Below are positions 36,225-46,543 of a stretch of DNA of 64,000 nucleotides, in pieces. Source of the DNA: Blastocladiella emersonii ATCC 22665 (lineage: Eukaryota; Fungi; Blastocladiomycota); NCBI GenBank assembly GCA_025594325.1, contig JANHCV010000009.1, positions 744,001-808,000 of the forward strand. The letters run 5' to 3'. Each line of letters begins with the position of its first letter. Within the stretch, counting starts at the first letter, position 1. A program made the translations under genes and the position numbers. Below the pieces are notes generated by a model. The model was not told the DNA's origin. It made no database searches and worked only from the letters and a program-made list of their open reading frames with translations.

Positions 36225-36334
36225 CCCTCGACGGACCCGCGCTCCCGGTCCATGCTCTTCCGTAGCACATGCAGCTCTGAGCTTCGTCTCTCCACGCATC
36301 AACCCCTAACTCAACACCTCCATCAACATCAACC

Positions 36335-37092
36335 ATGGCTGGAGACTTTCGCGCAGTGGGCAAGGTCGGCAAGGGCGCCATGAAGGGCGGACGCATGGTC
36401 GGCAAGGCCGGCCTCGGTACGCTGCCGCCGCGCGCTCCGCCACCGCTCCCCCGGCCCCGCAGGCCCTGACTCTTCGCTTTGCAGGCGTATTCTCGGACTT
36501 CAAAAAATTCGTGGCTCGCGGCAATGTGATTGACCTCGCCGTGGCCGTCATCATCGGTGCGGCCTTCGGCGCCATCGTCAAGTCGCTCGTCGACGACCTG
36601 TTCACGCCCATCCTCGCCCTGGCCGGCGGCAACGAGGCCCTCACCTTCACCGAGAAGTTTGTCGTCATGAAGCAGGGCCGCACGTCCAACTCGACGTACA
36701 CGACGCGCGCCCAGGCCAAGGCCGACGGTGCCATCAGTACGTTGCCTTCATCATGGCCATGGCCATCGCTCTCTAGAACAGCGTGACTGACTGCTCTACC
36801 TCACCACGTAGCGCTCGACTGGGGCAACTTCCTGACGTCCGTCATCAACTTCCTGATCGTGTCGGCGGCGCTGTTCCTGCTCATCCAGGTGATCGCCAAG
36901 ATCCAGCGCCAGAAGAAGGTCGACGACACGGAGAAGTGCCCGTTCTGCCTCGAGACCATCAAGAAGGGCGCCATGCGCTGCAAGTGGTGCACCTCGGACG
37001 TGCCCCGCGACCCGCCCGAGCTCATGGCCGCCAGTGACGCGACCCTGCCCGCGTCCGAGATTGCTGACGACGGCGCGCCGCTGCGCAAGTAA
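36335..37092 (+). CDS. mscL: Large-conductance mechanosensitive channel MscL with C-terminal CxxC...CxxC zinc ribbon
   Basis: [42 protein letters not shown] (S1/TM1), [14 protein letters not shown] (TM2), [18 protein letters not shown]. In-frame spliceosomal introns at 36417-36484 and 36737-36811. Confidence 0.9.
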
Positions 37093-37363
37093 GTTGGCGT
37101 GGGAGATGAGGGAGTGTTTGTTTTTACTCGTATACATCAAGATGGTCTTGCTTTCTTCAACCATCGTGTGCTGACGCGAGGTGTGCCGACGGGGACGGGC
37201 CAAGGAGGACGCGGTCGATGGTGGCGCAGCGTCACTCGCAACTCACGAAGCGTCGGCCGGGCCGACTAGACCCCGACGAAAGCTGAGAACGAACCTATAG
37301 GCTGGCGATGAATGTATGTGTACTGTACTGGTATGGGATGGATGGGCAAAACTCTTGAAAACT

Positions 37364-39265
37364 CTAGAAGAAGCGCTTGTACTTGAGCAGCGCGAGGATC
37401 AGGATGCTGATCACGACGCATCCGAGCCAGAACATGGGGATCGCGTTCTCGTACTCGAGCTCGGGGAACGTCTTGAAGTTCATGCCAAAGTAGCCCGCTA
37501 CACGACGGCGGCAAAGAAGAGTCAGTAGGTGTCGAGGGAAGCCGTCAAGTCGCGCGAGAACGTACCAATGAACGTGAGCGGCATGAACACGACGGACGCG
37601 ACCGTGAGCAGCTTCATGTTCTCGTTGGTCTGGTACGAGATGCAGTTGAAGGCGAGGTCGGTCATGTTCTGCGCCCAGCCCTGCAGCGTCTCGATGTTCT
37701 CGAGCACCGAGTCAATGTGGTCCTGCACGTCGCCCAGGTACACGCGCGTCTCGAACGTGAGCCGGTCCGCGAGCCGCGGCAGCGCGGTCCCGTTCCCGTT
37801 CACGCCCGTGGCCAGCGAGCTGAGCGTGTTGCTACTCGCCTTGTGCTCGACGTGCCGGTCGTACGTCGCCGACGACGACAAACGCAGCGACCGCACCAGC
37901 GCCTGCACGGGCAGCAGCTTCTGCTTGAGCTCGATCAGGTTCGCGTGCGTCGCGTGCACGTGCTGGATCAGCTTGATGGTCGGCTGCACGAAAATGTGCT
38001 CCTCGATGCGCTCGAACAGCTCCTGGTACGTGTCCATGATCGGGAGGTAGTGGTCTACGTCGGGGCGGCGTGAGTCGTCGTTGTGGCGAGAGAGCGATCA
38101 CGGCGACGGACCGACTATGCTATCGACTAACGAGTTCGCGAGAAAAGACGCGTCGCACAGCGTGCGAACCATGGTGCGCGCGTTGCTGAGGCGCGCGACG
38201 ATCGGGTCGACGACGTACGACGCGTCAAAGTGGGTCATGGAGATGAGCGTGTTGTCGTTGAGCAGGAACAGGCTGCAGCTGTCAGCGTAGATGTCGAGCG
38301 GCGCCTCGAGGTCCTCGACGACGGCGCTGCGCTGCTTGAGCAGCCGGAGCCGCTGCCGGTTCAGCGTCTCGAGCGTCGGCAGCCCGCGCTCCGAGACGGC
38401 CGCCACGTCGTCGGTCGCCGCCAGACGGCACGCCAGCAGCGAAATGTACAGGTGCTGCGGGTACACGTCGTGCTTGACGCGCTGCGGCAGGTGGATCGCG
38501 TCCTCGACACTGAGCGGGTGGAGCTCTGCACACACAAAAGATCAGCAGAGGCTCGTCGCGCGACACGGGTGCACGTAACGTACTGTAGAGCTTGGTCAGG
38601 CACCGCAGCACGTCCCACGAGATCCCCTCGATATGGATCCATCGGACCGCCGCGTCCGCGGGGCGCGGCATGCCCAGGAGGTTGATGAGCCGGTCGTTGT
38701 TCAGATTCGACTCGACGTTCATGTGCTCGACGTCGAAATCGACGACCATGGCGTTGACCGCCGCCTGCAGGTTGTCGGCAAAGTACCCGTCGACCGACTC
38801 GTTCTCGATATCGATCCCCGGCGCCGCGCCCGGGATCGCCGTCACCGACGCGTGCGTCCCGGCCTTGCGCAGACCCGCCTTGGCCCGCACCGCCGCCCGC
38901 AGCTGCCGCCACCCGCCCGCCCCGCTGCGCAGGTTGATCGGCTTCCCACGCGACAGCGTGCGGCCGACGTTGGCGCCCGAGAGGCTAACGCCCGAGACGC
39001 TCGCCGCGTCGTCGGCGGTGCGAGGGCGGTCCGCCACTGCCGCCGTCCGCTTCACGCTCCGGTTGCGGAACAACGAGCTCGGGCGCCGCGGGCGCGGCAG
39101 CGACGTCAGGTTGTCACCGCCCGCGCGCTCGGCCTCGGCGGACGCGGTGCGGTCGAGCGTCGCTGCCGAGGCGGGAGGCGGCGAGGAGGTCGTTGTCGTT
39201 GCGCCGTAGCTCGCGCTCGCGCTGGAGCTCGGGCTGGGATCGGGTACTGCAGTTGATTTCTCCAT
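37364..39265 (-). CDS. CorA-family Mg2+/divalent cation transporter, copy 1
   Basis: [61 protein letters not shown] (GMN motif); multi-exon; TAG at 37364. Confidence 0.88.
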
Positions 39266-39667
39266 GGTATTGATTGCGTTGCGTTGAGTGCAGGGAGAGC
39301 GAGAGTGAGGGAGCGAGAGAGCGCCGCTTTCACGGCCTCGAGGGAGGGAGTTGGGCCGGTCGAGTGGAGGTGGCGGCGACCAGGCAGCCCCCTCGCGACG
39401 ATCACCGCGCCGCCGCCACGTTTTGCTGCGTGGCCCCGCGGAAAAATAGGACCGGGGCTGAGGCCGTGGCCATGGCCACGAGCACGGCCATCGACGGCAA
39501 CGGTGCGATGGCGAAAGACAGCTCACAATGGACCATGGCCAAGTCGGGCCCGAGCCGAGCACGGTCCCTCGCGAGCAAACCTCGCCCATGCACGCCAGAA
39601 GTTACCTATTCTTCGATCAATACACGCATCACTCGACCCAACAACAACGCGCCCCACCACCGCTGCA

Positions 39668-41876
39668 TCACATGAAGTGCTTGCGCTTGAGCACGATGAG
39701 GATCGTCGTGACGATGACGGCGCACACGGCCCAGAAGATCGGGTACGAGTACTCGTACTTGAGCTCGGGGAAGTTCTCAAAGTTCATGCCGTACACACCA
39801 GCCCTGAACAGCGACGAGGAGTTTCAGTCGTGGCACCAACTCACCGAACGGGTGTAACGTACAGCCAAGTGATGGGGAGGAACACGACAGACGCGACCGT
39901 GAGCACCTTCATGTTCTCGTTGGTCTGGTACGAGATGCAGTTGAACGTGAGGTCGGTCAAGTTCTGCGACCACTCCTGCAGCGTCGTGACGTGGTCGAGC
40001 ACTGTGTCGATGTGGTCCTGCACGTCGCCCAGGTACGTCTTGGTCGTCGCACTGAGCCGCTCGGCCCCGCCGTGCGACGCCGATGTCCGGTGCACCGACG
40101 AGCGCAGCGAACGGATCAGCGCCTGCACCGGCGTCAGCTTGCGCTTGAGCTTGATCAGATCCGCGTGCGTCGAGTGCAAATCTACGAGGGATTGAGTGCA
40201 CGTCAGCCGGGAGCGAGGCGCGCGAGGTTGAGCAGAGAGCCGTACGCTGGATGATCTGGATCGACGGCTTCTCAAACACGGTCGCCTCCATGCGCGCGAA
40301 CAGCTCCGAGTAGCTCTCGGTGATGGGCAGGTAGTGGTCTACACGGCGGGAGGTCAGTACCGGTTCACTCGCGCGATGACGCGAAGCAATACCGACCGAC
40401 AATCGAATCGACTAACGCATTTAGGAGGAACGACGCACACGACTCGGTGCGCAGCATGGTGCGCGCGTTGTTGAGCCGCGACAGGATCGGGTCGACAATG
40501 TACCCGCTCGTGAAGTGCGAGATGGTGAGCAGCGTGTTGCCGTCGTCCATCAGGAACATGTTGAGCTACACAAGGCGAGGCGAGCGCCGTCAGTAGCGAG
40601 CGTGCACCGCGTAGTCGCAAGTAACGCACCGAGTCGGCGTCAATGTCGACGAGCGTCCACTCAGACTTGCCGTCGGCCGGCGTAGCACGCGTGCGCTGCT
40701 TGAGCAGACGGCGGCGCTGCACGTCGACCTTGGACAGGTCGGCCGCCGAGTCGGTGGGCGGCGCCGTGACCGCGTCGTCGGTGCCCGCGAGGCGGCACGC
40801 CAGCAGCGAGACGTACAGGTGGTTGGCAAAGTTGTCGACCTTAACGCGCTGCGGGAGGTGCAGCGTGTCCTCGATGCTGAGCGGGTGGAGGCCTAGACGG
40901 GCGCGAGTGCGTGTCAGCGCCTAGTCCGGTCAGCGCAGCGTAGCTGCGTACCGTAGTGCTTGGACAGCGGCTTGAGCACGTCCCACGAGATCCCCTCGAC
41001 GTGGACCCAGCGGACCAGCGACGACTCGGGCCGCGGGCGCGCAATGGCCGCGACGAGGTCGGTGTTGTCGAGCGAGTTCTGGATCGCCACACGCGACTCG
41101 CAGTAGTCGACGACCATGCCCTTGACGGGCGCCTGGAGCCGCTCGCCGAAATACTTGTCAATCGACTCGCTCTCGACGTCGATCCCCGGCGCGGCGCCCG
41201 GGACCGCGCGGATCGGCGCCTCCTGGATCGACGCGGCGGTCGTCATGAGCGCCGTCTTGGCGCGCATCGCCGTCCGCAGCTGGCGCCACCCGCCGGCGCG
41301 ACCGCCGCCGCCCGCCGGGTCCGCGTCGAGGCTCGGGCGGTTGGCCGAGGAGAAGGTGCTGCGGCGGAACAGCGAGCTCGGGCGGCGCGCGGGTGGGTGC
41401 ACGCTGACGGCGGGCGAGCTCGGGGCGATCGCCGTGGTCGAGTCGGTCACGGCCTGGTCGGTGCCCCCGGTCGAGGCACTGCGGGACACGCTCATGGGCG
41501 TGTCGGAGACGATGGGCGCGAGCGACCCCGTGGATGCGCCCGGTGCGTCGTCGTCGACGGTGATGTGGCGGTGGCGCGGTTCGGCGGCCGCGGAGGCCGA
41601 AGCGCCCGATGCAGTGGAGCGAGTCGGTGACGCGGCGGGGAGCGACGCAGGCGCTGCGGCCGAGGTCGGGCTCTTGCGCGAGGAGTTGCTGCGGGATCTG
41701 CCCATGGTGGAGCTAGGCCTTGAATCAGCGTAGGGCAAGGGAGACTCGTAGGAGTTGCGTGGTAGGAGCGGATCCGTCGAGCGAGGTCGGGGTATCGAGG
41801 TCGCCGAGGAGGAGAGCGCGCTCGGCGGGCTGGCCGACAGCGGCAGGATGGGGGATCGGGGTGCTTGGGACGTCAT
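39668..41876 (-). CDS. CorA-family Mg2+/divalent cation transporter, copy 2 (tandem paralog)
   Basis: [53 protein letters not shown]...GVYGMNF. Similar exon layout to copy 1; the start could also be the ATG near 41706. Confidence 0.88.
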
Positions 41877-41984
41877 ATTCCGAGTGCAGCGAGTCGTGTC
41901 TCCTGTTACATGGGCTGATGCTCGCCGGTCGTATCCGAGTGGGAGGCGCGGTTATGCTCGGGGGACAAGCTCGAACCGAGTCAC

Positions 41985-41998
41985 GTTTCGTGAGCGAC
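41985..41998. promoter_or_regulatory. X-box (RFX site)-like motif GTTTCG-TG-AGCGAC upstream of the TMEM218-like gene
   Basis: Resembles GTNNYY-NN-RRNAAC and lies 81 nt before ATG 42079. The duplicated copy at 44675-44688 reads GTTTCC-TG-AGCAAC. Confidence 0.3.
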
Positions 41999-42078
41999 GC
42001 GTTGCGCCACGCTTTCCGCTTCCCCTCCTAACAACCGACGCTTGCGAACCCAATGCGGTCGTGTAACTTTATGCAACC

Positions 42079-42608
42079 ATGTCGACGACAGTTCGAGTGC
42101 TCGGCCTAGGCCCTGGTCTCTTTGTTCTCATCCTTCTCGGAGCGGTTTCGGCGACCATCTGCCTCCTCGCGAGCCGCGCCAACAACGCGAGGTTGTGCTC
42201 GTGATCCTCACTGATCCTGTCTTTCAACTTGACTCACGTTTCTTGTTCTCGGCTAGCCTCATCGTGCTCGTCACAGCATCAGCATACGCGGCCGTGGTCG
42301 CTATCCTCCTTGCCCTGCCACGGACGGGCGACGACTCGGTGGCAGATGCCCTTGCTCGACGCAAGGTGTGTGACACTGCGACCGCAGCGATAATTCAGCA
42401 ACGTGATGATCTGATGCAGTTGACGCCCACGTAGGAGCTAAGCTTCGACCAAACCGACGGCTCCGTCTACCTCCGCATCTTCCTGCTCGCCGCCGCAGTT
42501 TTCACGCTGCTCGTGGCCCGCATCGGGTATCTCGCTGCGTACACGATGCAGCCCGTGTACGCGAGCACCGTGCGCACGCGCGCGATGAAGCTCGCCAGCG
42601 TTTCTTGA
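42079..42608 (+). CDS. TMEM218: TMEM218-like ciliary transition-zone membrane protein (three exons; absent from the ORF track)
   Basis: Exons 42079-42191, 42257-42365 and 42435-42608 give MSTTVRVLGLGPGLFVLILLGAVSATICLLASR...ILLALPR...YLRIFLLAAAVFTLL...YTMQPVYAS. This matches the TMEM218 pattern VLGVGAGVFIL...LLSR...LLFPR...YVLEPIYA as I recall it. Confidence 0.75.
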
Positions 42609-43111
42609 ATTCAATTTTGTGTATCCCGGCTTGGCCCAGGACTAGACGAACGGACAGTGAGGCCATCCTCGATCCGAAACCATTGCGCGAGCGATGCTTG
42701 ATGCACAGATCACCGTCAAAGGGCAGGCTCGGCAGAAGTCGTGCAGCATCGCGGGGCTGCAGTTGACGCGCATGTGAGTTGACGCAAGGAGATGATTGGA
42801 TCAATTCCCTGCACTGTGCGCGACGCGTCGAGTGTGTGACGCATGCCGGAAACGAGACGCGTCTGGGGCGTGTCTCGCGCGGGGGACACTCGCGAGCGCA
42901 GTGCGCGTCGTGACTATCCCAACCGACCAGTCGCCATCCGAAAATCGCGACTGCATGCAATCCACGAATACTCATGTAAATTGACCAAATCGCCATGTAT
43001 ACGCACCGTGTCAACCGCGCCCATGCCTCGGTGCGGGCCGCGGGCCTGCACAACCGAGGTCAACCACGGATCCCCACCCAGGGCCTCGGCCAGCCGAGCT
43101 TGTCCGCACCC

Positions 43112-44500
43112 ATGGCTGGCAACGCGTCCAACTTCGTCATGAGCAGCAGTGACGAGGAGGGCGATGTCGCGCCAATACCGAGTGATCCACCAGCCTTCAC
43201 TCAACGCGGCGAGCGGGCCAGCGAGGCGGCCGCTTCGCGTCTCATTCGCCCCACAGCGCACTCGATCATCTCTGAATCCCTCCGTGAGAACGCGCTTGAT
43301 GTCATCCCGACGATGCTACTATTCGAGTACCCGATCCCGCGCGCTCCGCCCGTCATGACCGTGCCCACGACCATCGTCCCGTCGATCGCCGGGACTCCCG
43401 CGTCCGCGACGTCCCTAACCATCACGGTGCAGGACGCGATGCGCCTCAACGAGCCCGAGTGCATCAACGACACGCTCATTGAACTGTACTGCAAATACTT
43501 GCTGGACACCCTGACCCAGGCCCATCGCGCCGCGGTACACTGCTACAGCCCTTACTTCTACTCGCTGCTCGCACGCACCGGCGCCGACCGCGCGGCCGGG
43601 TACCGCAATGTTGCGCGACACACACGCGACGTCGATCTCTTCGCCAAGAAGCTCATAATCATCCCTATGTACGAGCCGACGCAATGGTACCTCGCCGTCG
43701 TGTTCAACATCAGCGACATGATTGATCGCGGCGACTTGGCCACTGTCGCGGACAACGTCGTGCCGGTCCAGGAGTCCGCTACGCTTGACGACACGTACCA
43801 CCTCGGCAACGAGACGTTCATCGTGATTCTCGACAGCCGCCCCAAGTCCAGGCACAAGCTCGCTGCGGACCAGCTCGGCGACTATTTCGTCCGCGAGGCC
43901 AACGCGCGCGGGCTGAAGGTCAAGGCCGGCTATGAGGTGTTCAAGATTGACGCCAAAGTGCCGACCCAGCTCAACGACTACGACTCGGGCGTCTACGTCA
44001 TGCACTTCATCGAGCGCATCCTGCACAACCCGCGCCTCATGCTCAAGACCATTCTCGACATGGTCCTTGTGAAACGGCCGCGAGCCAAGCCCAAAGCCGA
44101 GTCGAAGACGGCAACCGCGGGCTTGTCGTCGCTTGCCAGGATCGCTGCCGAGTTCGCTGCAGGCAGCGGCGCATCGACGTACGACGATCCGTGGGCCGCC
44201 ACCGAGATCCCGGTCAAGCGCTTGGCCCTCGCTCACCTCGTCGTCCGTCTGACCACCGAGTACCGCAGGGTGCTTGGACTCGCGGTGGGCGAATCTGGCA
44301 CCGCGGCCGCGGATAACGCGGGCCGTAGCCGCGAGCCATCACCGGACATTTTCAGCGTGGTCGAGATCCAGCCGTGCCACCTGCCGGCTACGGACGCATG
44401 TTCCACCTCAGCGGGATCGGCGGTACACAGTAGCGGCGCCAAGCGCAAGCGCGAGACCTCCAAGGACTGCAACTTGAGGAAGCAGCGGTACATCATGTGA
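43112..44500 (+). CDS. Ulp/SENP-type (peptidase C48) protein with catalytic His and Cys replaced; intronless
   Basis: INDTLIELYCKYL, SPYFYSLL, VDLFAKKLIIIP, QWYLAV (normally HW), ILDS, PTQLNDYDSGVY (normally QxNxxDCG). Continuous 462-codon ORF. Confidence 0.85.
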   Translation: MAGNASNFVMSSSDEEGDVAPIPSDPPAFTQRGERASEAAASRLIRPTAHSIISESLRENALDVIPTMLLFEYPIPRAPPVMTVPTTIVPSIAGTPASATSLTITVQDAMRLNEPECINDTLIELYCKYLLDTLTQAHRAAVHCYSPYFYSLLARTGADRAAGYRNVARHTRDVDLFAKKLIIIPMYEPTQWYLAVVFNISDMIDRGDLATVADNVVPVQESATLDDTYHLGNETFIVILDSRPKSRHKLAADQLGDYFVREANARGLKVKAGYEVFKIDAKVPTQLNDYDSGVYVMHFIERILHNPRLMLKTILDMVLVKRPRAKPKAESKTATAGLSSLARIAAEFAAGSGASTYDDPWAATEIPVKRLALAHLVVRLTTEYRRVLGLAVGESGTAAADNAGRSREPSPDIFSVVEIQPCHLPATDACSTSAGSAVHSSGAKRKRETSKDCNLRKQRYIM

Positions 44501-44774
44501 ACGAGCCACGACAGGGAGGCCCCAAGGTAGAGTTTAACAAATACATCATGAGTTGAGCGAAGCAACACCTCTCGCGACGCGACCAACATCAGTTAGCCGG
44601 ACACTTATCGAGCCGAAAGGGCTGAGCGCAGTCCTGGGGCCCCACGCCTCGTAGCGGGCAAAGCTCGGGGTCACGTTTCCTGAGCAACGCGTTGCGCTAC
44701 GTTTTGCACTCTCGCCCCAGCCAACGCCCGCCCACCTCGAGCAGCCATACAACTACGTGCAACTACGCCAAGAT

Positions 44775-45263
44775 TAGGTCTAGAACGCGGTCAAGGCCAT
44801 GGCTTCCCCCTCGCAGCGATGACAACGACCGCCTTTCTCGTCGCGCCGTTGGCGCGAGCGCGAGCGCTTGCGGCCGTGATCCTCACTGATCCTGTCAATC
44901 GACTTGTCTCACGTTTGTTGCTCTCACTTAGCCTTGTCATGCTGATTTTAGAGCCGGCGTACGCGACCGTGACCGCCTCGCCGGCGCTTCATGGATGGGC
45001 GCGAACTTGGTCGCTGATGCTCTCATTCAGCGCCGGTTCACCTGCGTTCCTGGCGTCGTCATAAATCAGCAACACGGCGGCCCGGTGCAGCTTGCGGACG
45101 CGTGGGAGCTGAGTTGCGGCAGGATCGATGGCCCCATCAAGCTCCCCATCATCCTGCTCGCCGGCGCGGTTCCCGCCCAGAGTCGCTCGCCGCATACATC
45201 ATGCAGCCCGTGTTCGCGGGCAGCGGGTGCACGCGCGCGAGGAAGTTCACGGGCGTTTCCTAG
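44775..45263 (+). pseudogene. Degenerate duplicate of the TMEM218-like gene
   Basis: Matches intron 1 (gtgatcctcactgatcctgtc), exon 2 (VADALIQRR vs VADALARRK) and exon 3 (ELSCGRIDGPIKLPIILLAGAV...LAAYIMQPVFAG...GVS-stop vs ELSFDQTDGSVYLRIFLLAAAV...LAAYTMQPVYAS...SVS-stop), with indels. The start position is approximate. Confidence 0.8.
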
Positions 45264-46543
45264 CGAGCGGGGGCGCGTCATCCCGCGAACGTGGGGGCGG
45301 CTTGAGCGGCGCAAGCCTCAACGTTCCACACAGCATCGGCGGAGCTTCGCGGCGCGCATCGCAATGCAGCATCGCCCCCGCAACTCGCGCGCAGGAAGGT
45401 TGCGGCCATTTTTGATGCGGATCGATGCATGGTTCGTCCCCACGGCGAGACGGTTGTGCGACTCGAGAGTTTGTGATGCGAGAGTGGATGGGCGAGTGAG
45501 AGGGTCGGTGGGTTGCACGGCCGCCGTTGACTGTGAGGGTGCCGGGGCGGACGGGCTCCACGGCGGCCATCGACATGAGGACGCGCGGGGAGAGAGAGAT
45601 GCTGGGCGACGCTCGATGGAGGTGGCGACCGGATTCCCGGCCGCGGATTCCGCACACGCCGAGGCCGAGGGTTCAGCTCGGTCAGCGAGCGACATCGGAG
45701 GGATGAACTGCCCGATCCACAGACCCAGACGGCGCGTTCGGCTGAGTTTCCGTGCCGGCTAACTCGGCCTTCCGCATAAGCGGCGGCGTAGAACGCCATA
45801 CGCCAGGGCGACGCCAGGCCGCCAGCTTTACGCCAGCTGGCGTCCGGCGTCGCGCGCCTGACCCAGGCTAGCCCGGAAATGTAACGCGACGTAGCGCGGC
45901 GCCGCCATGATAACGCGGCAGAAGGCCGGCGCGGCGCCGGGTGTCCGCGATCAGCGCGGAATCATTGCGTTTCACGGGCCAACTTCCGGCGTATGGCACT
46001 GGCGATATGGTGCTATCCACCCCCGCGCGGCAGCAACCTGTTCTTGGCAAACGGGCCCCATGGCACGATCGCTCGCCCGCGCGTGACCGGCTTTGACTCA
46101 GGTGACGAACCCTCGCCGCGCTGTGCTTGTTCACGCCACCGCCCCCTGCCATAACTGCCATGCGGTCACACAGTCATGCGGGAGCAGACTTCCCGCCGTA
46201 CCGAGATGGCGTTATGCCATCACGCGGACCTCGCACACGGTGACTGGTGACGGCTGCGTGGCGAAAAGGGAAGTGAAACTGGCAAGCCAGTCATGGCCGC
46301 CACTGGCGTCAGCGCTCGAAACTCCCCTTGTTTGCTCGGCTCTCGACCGCTGCGCGCACCTTTCGACCGGCGCGCTCAAATAGTCGGGCTCCCCCGCACA
46401 CTCCCCTCGCTTCGTCCAGTATAGACGTTCGACGACCGGCCCGGCGCGACAACAGCACACCATCATCCTGCCCATCACCGCCTGACGCCGCTGCTGGCCG
46501 CCGCATCGACCACCGACCTACACCACCACCACCACTACCTACC

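Noticed and set aside
36335-41876. Bacterial contamination or a recent bacterial insert (MscL plus CorA)
   Set aside because: All three genes have spliceosomal introns with the host consensus and host-like codon usage, and sit between ordinary fungal genes.
44995-45762. 255-aa ORF as a novel protein
   Set aside because: Its only structured part is the degenerate TMEM218 copy; the rest is GC-rich open frame without codon bias.
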